DNA of 64,000 bases from an uncultured cyanobacterium (GTDB taxonomy: Bacteria; Cyanobacteriota; Cyanobacteriia; Cyanobacteriales; Cyanobacteriaceae): positions 64,001 to 128,000 of the forward strand of contig CAVVOP010000027.1 of the NCBI GenBank assembly GCA_963749915.1. Reading direction: 5' to 3'. Below the pieces are notes generated by a model. The model saw only the letters and a list, made by a program, of their open reading frames with translations. It did no database searches and was not told the DNA's origin. Position numbers and translations under genes: made by a program. Below, piece after piece: positions 10,797-22,480 of the stretch. Every line of letters starts with the position of its first letter. Position 1 is the stretch's first letter.

Positions 10797-10860
10797 GAAC
10801 GCAAAGAAGCAATAAAATTTAATTCTACCCTTCTAAGGGTTTTTCCCACCCTACTATAAT

Positions 10861-11565
10861 TTAGGCTTTGCCATAGACGGGAATACTTGCCCCCCGAATA
10901 TCCTTAGCGGATTCAGAAGCTAAAAAACAAATAACCTTCGCTAATGATTCAGGAGTAACCCAACTCCATGCCGAATCACTGCCCATTGCCTGACGATTTT
11001 TTGGGGTGTCAATAACACTAGGTAAAACCGTATTAGCTGTAATATTTAAGTCTTTTTGTTTAGTTTCTTCGGCGATCGTACTCATTAAATTACAAACCCC
11101 CGCTTTAGCGGCACCATAAGCCGCTAATCTCCCTGCCGGTTGTAATGCCGCCCTGGAACTTACTGCTACCATACGTCCGTAACCGGTCTCTTTCATCCTG
11201 CGGAGACAATATTTGGCAAGGAAAAAGGTTGTATTAAGATTTAAGTCGAGCATTTTTTGCCAGTCAGCAAAACTATATTCATCGGTTTTTCCCATATCGA
11301 AACCCCCGACAAGGTGAATTAAAACATCTATTTGCGGCATTTGTGCCGTGAGAGATTGAACTTCACTTTCTATCTGTAAGTTACAAGATACAAAATTTAA
11401 ACGGGAAATAAACTCATTGGATAAACGCATTCTCAATTCTGATAAAGCATCTTCAGAACGATAGGGAATAGTAACGCTCCTTGTACCACTCCGAAGTACC
11501 GCTTGAGTTACGGCAACACCCAAACCCCCTGTGCCACCAGTAATTAAAACAAATTTATCTTGCAT
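10861..11565 (-). CDS. SDR-family oxidoreductase
   Basis: TGGTGGLG and YGAAK motifs. Confidence 0.9.
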   Translation of the reverse strand: MQDKFVLITGGTGGLGVAVTQAVLRSGTRSVTIPYRSEDALSELRMRLSNEFISRLNFVSCNLQIESEVQSLTAQMPQIDVLIHLVGGFDMGKTDEYSFADWQKMLDLNLNTTFFLAKYCLRRMKETGYGRMVAVSSRAALQPAGRLAAYGAAKAGVCNLMSTIAEETKQKDLNITANTVLPSVIDTPKNRQAMGSDSAWSWVTPESLAKVICFLASESAKDIRGASIPVYGKA

Positions 11566-11843
11566 AATGAAAAACTATCCTAATTGTCCATAATTGCACT
11601 GACTTTTAACAGTTTAACAGGTGGAGGAATCTATCCTCAAAATCTACCTACATATTTATTCCTTTATGGTTAAAGGAAATGCCAATTTTTCACTAAGAGT
11701 ATATTTGAACTATGGAAAGTAGATTAAATTTTTACAGCAAAAATCACTCAATTTATTTTTTTTATTGTATATTTAGGGAAAGTCATGATTTAGAGTAATC
11801 TAATCTGGATTAATATTAGCCATTTAGGAAAGGAACAGAGATT

Positions 11844-13052
11844 ATGTCAAAGTTTTATTTTCAATCTTTAGAGGGTGATTCGTCGGTTTTGTCAATTTCT
11901 CCTTCTTCTGATCCTCCCCATTCCCCGCCGACTCTAAATTTTCCTTCACCACATTCTCAAAACAATCAAAACATCAATTCTCGTGATTTAATGCGCCTGT
12001 ATCTTCGTGATATTGGGCGTATTCCTTTATTAAGCAAGGAAGAAGAAATTACCCTCGCTAGACAAGTGCAAACGGCACAATCTCTTCGTGAAATTAAGAT
12101 CCAAAATGATTCTATTCCTGTTATTAGGGAATACATTAGAGTTATGTCAACCTATGACTCCTTAGCAGGTCATCATTCTCAACCGCCGACACTAGAAAAG
12201 TTAGGAGAAAAGTTAAATCTTTCCCCCATTAAGTTACAAAAAATTCTTGTACAAGGGAAGCAAAAATGGGCTAGTTTGGCTAATTTATCGGTGGAGGAGT
12301 TAGATAAAACTCTCGCTTTGGGGGTAAAGGCTAAACAAAAGATGATTAATGCTAATTTGCGTTTAGTGGTTTCTATTGCTAAAAAGTATCAAAATCGGGG
12401 TTTAGAGTTATTAGATTTAATTCAAGAAGGCACTTTAGGCTTAGAAAAAGCCGTGGAAAAATTCGATTATACTAAGGGTTATCATTTTAGTACTTATTCT
12501 TACTGGTGGATTCGTCAAGGTATGACTAGGGCGATCGCCACTCAGGGACGTACAATTAGAATACCAATTCATATCACAGAGAAATTAAATCTACTCAAAA
12601 AAGTTCAGAGGCAACTGTCTCAAATATTAGGACGCACGGCAACAGTGGACGAGATTGCTGAGAAAATGGAGATGACTCCCCCACAACTGCGACAGTTTTT
12701 GAATCAAATTCCTCGCTCAATTTCTCTAGAGATGAGGGTGGGGGAAGATTATAATACTGAGTTGGTAGAGTTAATTGAAACTCAATCGGCCACCCCTGAA
12801 GAAAACTTAATGCGACTGTCAATGCAACAGGATTTACACTCGATGATGGCGAGTTTAAAAGAAAGAGAGCGAAAAATTCTGAGATTGCGTTTTGGTTTTG
12901 AAAATGGCAAGATTTACTCTCTTAGTGATACAGCGCTGATGATGAATTTATCACGGGAAAGAGTAAGACAAATTCAGGCTAAGGCAATTCAAAAGTTACA
13001 GCAACCCCATCAGAAAAAACAGTTACGAGATTATTTAGAAATTATCGGCTAA
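11844..13052 (+). CDS. sigC: Group 2 RNA polymerase sigma factor, SigC-like
   Basis: [45 protein letters not shown]; long non-conserved region resembling SigC. Confidence 0.78.
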   Translation: MSKFYFQSLEGDSSVLSISPSSDPPHSPPTLNFPSPHSQNNQNINSRDLMRLYLRDIGRIPLLSKEEEITLARQVQTAQSLREIKIQNDSIPVIREYIRVMSTYDSLAGHHSQPPTLEKLGEKLNLSPIKLQKILVQGKQKWASLANLSVEELDKTLALGVKAKQKMINANLRLVVSIAKKYQNRGLELLDLIQEGTLGLEKAVEKFDYTKGYHFSTYSYWWIRQGMTRAIATQGRTIRIPIHITEKLNLLKKVQRQLSQILGRTATVDEIAEKMEMTPPQLRQFLNQIPRSISLEMRVGEDYNTELVELIETQSATPEENLMRLSMQQDLHSMMASLKERERKILRLRFGFENGKIYSLSDTALMMNLSRERVRQIQAKAIQKLQQPHQKKQLRDYLEIIG

Positions 13053-13490
13053 ATGACTAATTATCGTAATCCTGATCCCACTGTTGATATTATCATTGAA
13101 TTGATTGATCGCCCCCATCGTCCCATTATTTTAATTGAGCGTAAAAATGAGCCTTTGGGATGGGCAATTCCGGGAGGTTTTGTGGATTATGGGGAATCGG
13201 TGGAAAATGCGGCCATCAGAGAAGCCTTAGAAGAAGTAAGCTTAAATATTAACCTCATTGAGCAATTTTATGTATATTCGAGCCCACAACGAGATTTCAG
13301 AAAGCATACCATGACTGTTGTATTCATTGCAGAGGCGTTAGGACAACCCCAAGCGGCTGATGATGCTGTTAATTTGGGTGTTTTTCCTACTTGGGAAATT
13401 CCCCAAAGTCTTTGTTTCGATCATGATTTAATCCTACAAGATTATCAGCGTTATCGTTATCATAATCTGCGCCCTCCTATTAGATTTTAA
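13053..13490 (+). CDS. NUDIX hydrolase
   Basis: Nudix box [22 protein letters not shown]. Confidence 0.93.
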   Translation: MTNYRNPDPTVDIIIELIDRPHRPIILIERKNEPLGWAIPGGFVDYGESVENAAIREALEEVSLNINLIEQFYVYSSPQRDFRKHTMTVVFIAEALGQPQAADDAVNLGVFPTWEIPQSLCFDHDLILQDYQRYRYHNLRPPIRF

Positions 13491-13534
13491 GCATTACTTT
13501 CTGCCAATCTTAAATTTTAATTACATTAACTACT

Positions 13535-14308
13535 ATGCACTTAACCATCGGTTGGCTTTATCCTAAATTAATGAGTACCTACGGCGATCGAGGTAATGTT
13601 ATCTGTTTAGAAAGAAGATGTCAATGGCGTAATTTAGATGTGTCTATTTTACCCTTGGATCAGGATACACATATAGAAACATTTTCAGCATTTGATGTTA
13701 TTGTCGGCGGTGGTGCGCAGGATAGACAACAAGAAATTGTCATGCGGGATTTACAGGGAGAAAAAGCCGAGATTCTGAAACAGAAAATAAAAGCAGGTAT
13801 TCCGGGAGTGTTTACCTGTGGTTCGCCGCAATTACTCGGTAAATATTATGAACCCGCTATGGGGCAAAAAATCGACGGTTTAGGGATTTTAGACTTAGTC
13901 ACCAAACATCCAGGGCAAAATGTACCCCGTTGCATCGGCAATGTTGCCTTTGAAATTGTCCCCCCTTCTTTGGCACAAGATTTACAAGCCATGTTGGGAG
14001 AACCTCCCATGGTCGTCGGTTTTGAAAATCACGGCGGGAGAACCTATTTAGGAGATGTGTCCCCCTTGGGTAAAGTGGTGAGTGGTTATGGGAATAACGG
14101 TGAGGATGGTTTTGAAGGTGCTTTCTATGAAAACGCCATCGCTACTTATGCTCATGGTCCTCTTTTACCAAAAAATCCTTTTTTGGCAGATTGGTTAATT
14201 ATGAAGGCGATCGAACAAAAGTACCATGAAAAAGTTACTTTAACCCTATTAGATGACACCTTAGCCAACCAAGGACGTAAGGCAATGTTAAAAAGGATTT
14301 TAGCCTAA
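13535..14308 (+). CDS. Type 1 glutamine amidotransferase (GatD/CobQ-like)
   Basis: MSTYGDRGN, CGSPQLLG, GFENHGG, HGPLLPKNP. Confidence 0.88.
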   Translation: MHLTIGWLYPKLMSTYGDRGNVICLERRCQWRNLDVSILPLDQDTHIETFSAFDVIVGGGAQDRQQEIVMRDLQGEKAEILKQKIKAGIPGVFTCGSPQLLGKYYEPAMGQKIDGLGILDLVTKHPGQNVPRCIGNVAFEIVPPSLAQDLQAMLGEPPMVVGFENHGGRTYLGDVSPLGKVVSGYGNNGEDGFEGAFYENAIATYAHGPLLPKNPFLADWLIMKAIEQKYHEKVTLTLLDDTLANQGRKAMLKRILA

Positions 14309-14323
14309 TAGATTTTACATTTA

Positions 14324-14405
14324 TGGGCAGAGCGAGACTCGAACTCGCATGACCGAAGCCGCCACATTTTGAGTGTGGTGCGTCTACCAATTTCGCCATC
14401 CGCCC
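14324..14405 (-). tRNA. tRNA-Leu(CAA)
   Basis: Minus strand GGGCGGATGGCGAAATTGGTAGACGCACCACACTCAAAATGTGG...GTTCGAGTC..CTGCCCA; CAA anticodon, long variable arm. Confidence 0.96.
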
Positions 14406-15250
14406 GGATAATCGCCCTCACAATTATAACCTATTCTTTCTTTTTGGATCAACTGATAATAGTTGGGAGATTTTGACCAATTTTCGATTTCCTTCGCTCG
14501 AAGAATAGGTACAGGGTGGGTTAATTGTGCCGTTTGCATCTCCTGTAACATTTTCCCTGTGTCAGTATTGCTGAGCAGATTATATTCTTTTACCTGTTCC
14601 ATAAACGCCTCTAAATTTAACTGACTGGCGATACTAGGAGATCCTCCCGTTAATTTCATCAATAATGACATCACGACTTGAGGATCTTGTACTACCAATA
14701 AAGCCGAGCGATCGCAACTGAACTCAGCACAACGCACCCACTGTAATAACTGATTTTGTAAAGATTGAGCCACTAAAGTTCCCCAAGAAGGGATCAAACC
14801 TGCCGCTAACACCATGATATTAGCCAAGGAGAGATAAACCCCATGTTCGCATTTGAGATGCCCTAATTCGTGGGCGATGACCGCTTTAATTTCCTCAGGA
14901 GTGAGAATTTCCAATAAAGAAGTATGAATGACAATAAAGGGTTTTTTCCCTCGGATCGCTAAAGTATAAGCATTAGGAACCGGATTTTGTTGAATGTAAA
15001 GTTGCGGGGGTTCGAGATCTAATATTTCACAAGCCGACAATAGTAAGTTATGTAAATCCGGTAATTGTTTCTCACTGATGAGAATGCTAGAGGCGATATT
15101 GTGAAGATTCAAAAAATCTTCAGCCACCCCCCCCAAAATCCCTCTTATAGCTAAATCTAGGGCTGGAATTTGCTTTAATTGAGTCGTTGCCTTTAAATCA
15201 AGGGGGTGACGGAAATGATCTGCTTTCAATCCAATCAATTTAATAGTCAT
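14384..15250 (-). CDS. M48-family Zn metallopeptidase (HtpX/Ste24-like)
   Basis: PNAY, AHELGH, EFSCDR, THP motifs; likely start MTIKLIG at 15250; 3' end overlaps tRNA-Leu. Confidence 0.9.
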   Translation of the reverse strand: MTIKLIGLKADHFRHPLDLKATTQLKQIPALDLAIRGILGGVAEDFLNLHNIASSILISEKQLPDLHNLLLSACEILDLEPPQLYIQQNPVPNAYTLAIRGKKPFIVIHTSLLEILTPEEIKAVIAHELGHLKCEHGVYLSLANIMVLAAGLIPSWGTLVAQSLQNQLLQWVRCAEFSCDRSALLVVQDPQVVMSLLMKLTGGSPSIASQLNLEAFMEQVKEYNLLSNTDTGKMLQEMQTAQLTHPVPILRAKEIENWSKSPNYYQLIQKERIGYNCEGDYPGGWRNW

Positions 15251-15440
15251 AGTTGTAGCTGATAAATCTTGTTTTCCACATTTTAACAACAACCATCGTA
15301 AATGGAAGAAAAAGCCAGGAAAATAAAATTCATAATTCAATTTTTCTAATTAATATTTCATTCTAATCACTTTTATGTAATAATAGATAGTAAACACTTG
15401 TAAACTTTTTGCCAAGTTTTTGGCAGCATGGAGAAGTTTT

Positions 15441-15458
15441 ATACTACTCTAGTATCAC
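15441..15458 (+). promoter_or_regulatory. Candidate autoregulatory operator ATACTACTCTAGTATCAC
   Basis: ATACTA-N3-TAGTAT palindrome ~35 nt upstream of the RHH gene start. Confidence 0.5.
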
Positions 15459-15492
15459 CTGATCTCTAAATAATTCAAAGGAACATAACATT

Positions 15493-15831
15493 ATGCGCGG
15501 AGTACACAGAACATCAACAACTCAAATGGAAGTGACCAGTATCCGTTTGGAAAAAACCCTCAAAGATAGTCTAAAAGCATTATCCGGCAGTCAGGGTTAT
15601 CAAACTTTAATCAGGGATATCCTCTGGAATTATGTGCAACAAAAATCTGGTGAATATCGCCCTAATTTTTCCAAAACTGATATTCGTGCCACTGTTCCCG
15701 CCACTGCTAGAAAAGATGAAAGTTGCGTGCTTAGTGGTAAATTAATTCCTGAAGATGATGAAATGCTTTTAGCTTTAACCATTCACGGTGACTTTGTGCC
15801 CGTTTCTCAAGAGGCTATCAAGGAAAAATAG
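15493..15831 (+). CDS. trcR: Ribbon-helix-helix transcription regulator, probable TrcR homolog
   Basis: EVTSIRLE..LK..LK..GYQTLIRDILWNYV RHH-like N-terminus; resembles my recollection of Anabaena All0854; quasi-palindrome upstream. Confidence 0.6.
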   Translation: MRGVHRTSTTQMEVTSIRLEKTLKDSLKALSGSQGYQTLIRDILWNYVQQKSGEYRPNFSKTDIRATVPATARKDESCVLSGKLIPEDDEMLLALTIHGDFVPVSQEAIKEK

Positions 15832-15896
15832 ATAGATTACCGCTATTCAATACCTTCGCCAAAATGAAAAAAGAAAATTGAGGTAGAGTCAAGACT

Positions 15897-16110
15897 CACC
15901 GTTCGCTCATTTTACAACTGAGTTGCTTGATAAAGAAGCTAAATAAGCCTCTTTACAGGGCTTTCAGCCATTTGAGAGGAGGCGAACGGGAAATTTCATC
16001 CGGTATTATGAAATAACTTCAAAAAACAGACTGTTTTTTGAAGTGATGCCAAAGGCTCAGGGAAGCTGCACGCTGGGGTGTTTGTTGGACAGTGCTTTGG
16101 GAGATTTTCT
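15897..16110 (+). ncRNA. Candidate structured small RNA
   Basis: Long-range stem CCGTTCGC(15899-906)/GCGAACGG(15982-989), hairpin ATTTCAT/ATGAAAT, 14-bp hairpin 16016-16044; TAGAGT -10-like element at 15884-15889; no long ORF. Confidence 0.45.
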
Positions 16111-16533
16111 TTGATCTTCATGAATAATCCAGGTTATAGTTCGGGTAAGCAAAAACTTGACCTTCCCTTGCTTGTCATTCCTGAACTAATTTATTCCTCA
16201 CAAAAACCATTGCTACTTTCCTACTGTATCCATCAGTAAGAAATAAAAGAACAGACCTCTTGCATTTTGGATTGACCCAAGGGAAGGTGCGATCGCATTT
16301 ACACCAAGTTTCTCTAAGCATAGTAGCACTAGAGCGAGATTGCAAGTTAAATGGGGGAAGGAAATTTCTCCTATATTCGATAATATACCTTCCCTTCAGA
16401 GCGATAAAAGAGGCTTTTGGGGTATTGTGCAAAAAAACCTTAAATGAGTCTTTTAGATCCCATAGTGGTCTAGTGGTCTGCATCTAAAATTTAAGCTAAA
16501 ATAGCCCTGTATCATGACTATCGTTATTCAACC

Positions 16534-17049
16534 ATGAAAAATCAAAAAATATCCCGTTTAATAATATCCTTTTGTTTATTTTCTTTACTAATTTTATCAT
16601 CCTGTACCAATCAACCACCTTCTCGTTTTGAACAGGCACAACAAGAAAGTACTGCTGCCGGAAATAAAAATACCGCCGTTGAGAAAAATGCAGTAAAAGG
16701 AGCAACTTTTAATCAATTTTTTCCTGTGAGTAGCGGTGATTATGAACGAGTTTTCACTCAAGAAAAATCTGGTTTTGTTCAAGCCAAATTGAAACAAAAT
16801 GGTCAAGATTTAGCAACTTTAGCTATTTTTGATACTATCAGCAATCCTTCTGCTAAAGAAGATTTTAAAGATGCCACCGATAAAATTAGTGGTTTTCCTG
16901 TAGTAGAAAAAGGATCTAATAACACTGCTGTTTTAGTAAGTGATCGCTATCAAGTAAGTGTAAAATCTGCTAATAGTAATTTTACTGCTGAACAAAGAAA
17001 AGAATGGTTAGGTAAATTCGATCTTGATAATCTTGCACAGTTAAAATAA
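16534..17049 (+). CDS. Conserved hypothetical lipoprotein
   Basis: Signal peptide with lipobox LSSC; SRFEQAQQES motif. Confidence 0.8.
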   Translation: MKNQKISRLIISFCLFSLLILSSCTNQPPSRFEQAQQESTAAGNKNTAVEKNAVKGATFNQFFPVSSGDYERVFTQEKSGFVQAKLKQNGQDLATLAIFDTISNPSAKEDFKDATDKISGFPVVEKGSNNTAVLVSDRYQVSVKSANSNFTAEQRKEWLGKFDLDNLAQLK

Positions 17050-17117
17050 TATTTAAAATAGCTTTTATTATTAATAATAAATAAGCCACAAAAATAAGTC
17101 ATAATTATTGAAAAAAA

Positions 17118-18005
17118 ATGAGCAAATCAATTTTTGAATTAGTCGATAACTTACCTAAAAGTAATATCACCACAATGGTGTTAAATGCCCTTGATTTTGT
17201 TGTGCCCGGACAGTGGCACAATGTGACTAACTTTGAACAAATGATTAGGGAAGTAACAGGAGAAACCGATGAGAAAATGATCCAAAAAATTGGCGATCGT
17301 GCGGTATGGTTATTTAACGATAAAACTCAAGGTTATCAAAACGCTTTATGGTTATATCAAACCGTTGACAAAGCTGATTATGCCTTAGGTGCGGCGGCAT
17401 TGGCTAATAAAGTGGGCTCAAAAATAGGCTTACTGGGTTTTCTTAATCGTTTAACCCCCAATAATGAAAAAGCCCAAGCCCTTGATTTAGCCATAAAATT
17501 AGTGGTGGAAGTAGTCGCGTTTTGTCAAATCAACGGTTTACCTGGTGACAGTATTGGTGATTTTGTAGCCGCCTTGAGGGAATATGAAGGGGACGCACTA
17601 GCACGCATGAATGCACTAATTTGCATTGATGGTTTAGTTCCTTTTGGGGCAGATTTTATCCTCAAAGTTGAATCTACTTTGAGCAATCTTTCCACTCGAG
17701 AATTAAATAATAATGCAGGATTTTCTGGCGTTAGTAAACTAATTCCCGGGAATAATCCCGCAGGGCAATTACAATTTATTAATAATAGTTTTCAGGCCGT
17801 AAAAGGTTGGATGATTGGCTTCGTTAGTAGTCATAATTTAACCCAAAATAATGTTTTAAAACATTTACATAGTTTTGTTGAATTTTCCGAAGATCAACTT
17901 GATTATGTAGCCGCTTTTCTTGATATGTCAACTAATTATTTTGAACATACAGGCACCCAATCCATCGCTAAAAGTCTTATTTCTAGAGCGATGGCAGAAG
18001 TTTGA
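17118..18005 (+). CDS. Conserved hypothetical protein
   Basis: 295-aa ORF with host-like codon usage, co-oriented with the upstream lipoprotein. Confidence 0.8.
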   Translation: MSKSIFELVDNLPKSNITTMVLNALDFVVPGQWHNVTNFEQMIREVTGETDEKMIQKIGDRAVWLFNDKTQGYQNALWLYQTVDKADYALGAAALANKVGSKIGLLGFLNRLTPNNEKAQALDLAIKLVVEVVAFCQINGLPGDSIGDFVAALREYEGDALARMNALICIDGLVPFGADFILKVESTLSNLSTRELNNNAGFSGVSKLIPGNNPAGQLQFINNSFQAVKGWMIGFVSSHNLTQNNVLKHLHSFVEFSEDQLDYVAAFLDMSTNYFEHTGTQSIAKSLISRAMAEV

Positions 18006-18019
18006 CAAGCCCTTCGGGC

Positions 18020-18063
18020 AAGGCAGTCCCCTTGAAAGTGCCAACTTTCAAGGGGACTGCCTT
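18020..18063. terminator. 20-bp perfect hairpin between convergent genes
   Basis: AAGGCAGTCCCCTTGAAAGT-GCCA-ACTTTCAAGGGGACTGCCTT. Confidence 0.75.
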
Positions 18064-18103
18064 CTTCAAAAATTTAGGGGCTTTTATTAAAAATAATTAA
18101 AAT

Positions 18104-19513
<1,410 letters not shown>

Positions 19514-19634
19514 TTAAAGTTTACTCCTTGTTATTTGTTAATGTTAATAAAATTATTTTAATGTGGGCGTTGTTCACCCCATATAAGTCAAGATCTAAGC
19601 AACTATTCACCATCAACTCTTCACTATTCACTAA

Positions 19635-20507
19635 CTAAACCATCATCAGATCTAATTCGTCTTTTTCTTGTTTAGGTGCATCCGTGGGAGGATTGAGGTA
19701 GTAATCAGAAAGTAAACCAAATAATTCACGGTCGAGGGCCTCACTAGGTACAACCCCTTCAGGTAAAGCTAAAATTTGATCTGCAATATTAAGGTAATAA
19801 TCACAAACATAATCTAAGGAAGGATCTTTTTCCGCCATTTCAAACAACGTTTTACCCTTAACCCGTGATACCCGTATATCTTCAATGAGGGGCAAAACTT
19901 CTAATACAGGCATAGCCACATGAGACACATATTTATCAATTAAATCCCGTTTTGAGGTGCGATTGCCGATTAAACCAGCCAATTTTAAAGGATGAGTGCG
20001 TGCTTTTTCCCTTACGGAAGCAGCAATGCGATTAGCGGCAAATAAGGCATCAAAACCGTTATCCGTAACGATTAAACAATAGTCAGCATAGTTGAGAGGG
20101 GCCGCAAATCCACCGCAGACCACGTCACCTAAGACATCAAACAAAATCACGTCATACTCATCAAAGGCGTTTAACTCTTTCAACAGTTTTACGGTTTCAC
20201 CAACTACATAGCCACCACAACCTGCCCCAGCTGGAGGTCCTCCTGCCTCGACACAATCAACACCAGCGTAACCTTTATAAATAACGTCTTCCGCCCAAAT
20301 ATCTTCATAGTGGAAATCTTTTTCTTGGAGAGTGTCGATAATGGTGGGAATCAAAAAACCTGTCAGGGTAAAAGTGCTGTCATGCTTGGGATCGCATCCA
20401 ATTTGTAATACTTTTTTACCTCGTTTTGCCAAAGCTGTGGAGATATTGCAACTAGTAGTTGATTTACCGATACCGCCTTTGCCGTAAACTGCTAATGTTA
20501 AAGTCAT
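19635..20507 (-). CDS. chlL: Light-independent protochlorophyllide reductase iron-sulfur ATP-binding protein
   Basis: [33 protein letters not shown]; adjacent to chlN. Confidence 0.98.
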   Translation of the reverse strand: MTLTLAVYGKGGIGKSTTSCNISTALAKRGKKVLQIGCDPKHDSTFTLTGFLIPTIIDTLQEKDFHYEDIWAEDVIYKGYAGVDCVEAGGPPAGAGCGGYVVGETVKLLKELNAFDEYDVILFDVLGDVVCGGFAAPLNYADYCLIVTDNGFDALFAANRIAASVREKARTHPLKLAGLIGNRTSKRDLIDKYVSHVAMPVLEVLPLIEDIRVSRVKGKTLFEMAEKDPSLDYVCDYYLNIADQILALPEGVVPSEALDRELFGLLSDYYLNPPTDAPKQEKDELDLMMV

Positions 20508-20945
20508 TTTCTGATAACTCCTGATTTATTTACACTGATCGCATTATTGACTAAATTTCGAGAAATGAAAAGGGTAGTTAGTTTTGGTTTGGGTACTAAA
20601 TAAAAGTTATTTTGAGTTTTAACTATTATTAGTTATTTAATTAAGTTTAATTTAGTTTAAAAATTGATTATTCTTGATTTTAAAGTTTTGTTGTTTTAAT
20701 TACTATAATTTTATACAAAAGCAAAAAATAATAAACAAATATTGATACATTTCTCAAAATTCTTATATTGTATGGGCTTTGAGGTTAATAAATTGCGATC
20801 GCCTCTGACCAATTATTCTGATAAAACAGTTAAAACGTTAGTAAAAAAGCAAAAAAAAAGGTAATTGTTAATAATTGCTACAATATGCCGTTTTCAAGAT
20901 AAAATAGGTATAAATACTTGGGAATAAGGATTTTCAACTATATGA

Positions 20946-21884
20946 CTATTTAAAAATCGCTCTTATCCTATAAATAGGGCGTTGTTGCGATTCATGGTAA
21001 GTACGCATTAACAATTCAGCTAATAAGCCAAAGGAAAATAATTGTACTCCGGTTAATATTAATAAGACACATAATATCAGTAAAGGTCGATCTCCGATAC
21101 TTTTGCCTAAACCGAGTTTAATAAAAGTCAGATAAACCCCGATAAAAACCCCAAGAATAAGGGAAATTAAGCCAAAAAAGCCAAAAACGTACATGGGGCG
21201 AGTAAGAAACTTTTTCATGAAAAATACGGTTAATAAATCCATAATTACCCGAAAAGTACGCCCCAAACCGTATTTACTTTTACCAAAACGCCTTGCATGA
21301 TGATTAACCGGAATTTCCGTAATTTTTGCACCTTCAATATAAGCTAGGGCAGGTAAAAAACGATGCAATTCACCATATAAATTAAGATCAGCAATCAACT
21401 CCCCACGGTATGCTTTAAGAGAACATCCATAATCACGTAACTTTACTCCTGTGATTTTGCTGATAATAAAATTAGCGATTTTTGAGGGTAAAAGACGAGT
21501 TAAGGGATCATCTTGACGATTTTTCCGCCAACCACTCACTAAATCATAACCTTCTTCCAACTTACTCAATAATAAGGGTATATCCGCCGGATCATTTTGT
21601 AAATCCCCGTCAAGGGTAACAATAACCTTCCCGGTGGCATTTTTAAAACCTGCCGCCATTGCTGGAGTTTGACCATAATTTCGTCGTAAAATTACTCCTT
21701 TGACATGGGGGTTAATAGCAGAAAACTCTTTTAATACATTCGTAGAGCCATCTTGAGAACCATCGTCAACACAGATAATTTCGTAGGTTAAGCCAGTGTC
21801 TTTGAGACTGTTGACAATGGCATCGATGAGGGGAGGAATATTTTCGGCTTCATTATAAATGGGGATAACTAAAGATAAATCCAT
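20946..21884 (-). CDS. GT2 glycosyltransferase (polyprenol-phosphate glycosyltransferase, GtrB/ArnC-like)
   Basis: VIPIYNE, VDDGS, RNYGQ, DGDLQNDP; two C-terminal TM helices. Confidence 0.9.
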   Translation of the reverse strand: MDLSLVIPIYNEAENIPPLIDAIVNSLKDTGLTYEIICVDDGSQDGSTNVLKEFSAINPHVKGVILRRNYGQTPAMAAGFKNATGKVIVTLDGDLQNDPADIPLLLSKLEEGYDLVSGWRKNRQDDPLTRLLPSKIANFIISKITGVKLRDYGCSLKAYRGELIADLNLYGELHRFLPALAYIEGAKITEIPVNHHARRFGKSKYGLGRTFRVIMDLLTVFFMKKFLTRPMYVFGFFGLISLILGVFIGVYLTFIKLGLGKSIGDRPLLILCVLLILTGVQLFSFGLLAELLMRTYHESQQRPIYRIRAIFK

Positions 21885-21940
21885 AATAAATAATTGATCA
21901 TTGTCAGTGAATAGTTGATATGAGAACGAAAAAACCTCGA

Positions 21941-22393
21941 CTAATTGGTTGCTTTGATGGTGGCATAAATGAGGAAGACAATGCCAATATTAATACAAAC
22001 ATCGGCAATATTAAAGACGGGAAAATTGATTAACCGAAAATCTAGGAGGTCAACAACATAACCAAAGAAAAATCTATCGATGCCGTTACCTAAAGCACCC
22101 GCTAAGATAAAACCATAGGCTAATTGTTCAATTTTTGATAACTTTTCCCGCCATGCAAAAATTATTAGTCCGATGCTGACGATTAAAGATAACCACCGCA
22201 ACCAACCAGCGCCTCCTTGAAAAAAACTAAAAGCTGCACCCGTATTTTGCACATAGGTTAAGTGAAAAATCCCTTGCCATAATGGTAAAGTATCCCCGAC
22301 ATTATCAAAATTAATAACTACTAGGTATTTAGTAATTTGATCTAAAATTAAGGCAATAATTGCCACTATCCAAAAAAAAGGATTTTTCCCCAT
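21941..22393 (-). CDS. lspA: Lipoprotein signal peptidase II
   Basis: DQITK, NTGAAFS, GNGIDR, VVD, FPVFNIAD. Confidence 0.96.
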   Translation of the reverse strand: MGKNPFFWIVAIIALILDQITKYLVVINFDNVGDTLPLWQGIFHLTYVQNTGAAFSFFQGGAGWLRWLSLIVSIGLIIFAWREKLSKIEQLAYGFILAGALGNGIDRFFFGYVVDLLDFRLINFPVFNIADVCINIGIVFLIYATIKATN

Positions 22394-22480
22394 AATTTTT
22401 AATTAACATTTAAAGACAATACATATTGGATAAATAATAATAAAAAAAATGAGCTAAACTTGAAAGTCAATTATTTAAAC

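Noticed and set aside
16175..16487. ORFs 16175-16483(-) and 16260-16487(+)
   Set aside because: No recognisable motif or RBS, and the region contains a MITE-like terminal sequence; probably non-coding.
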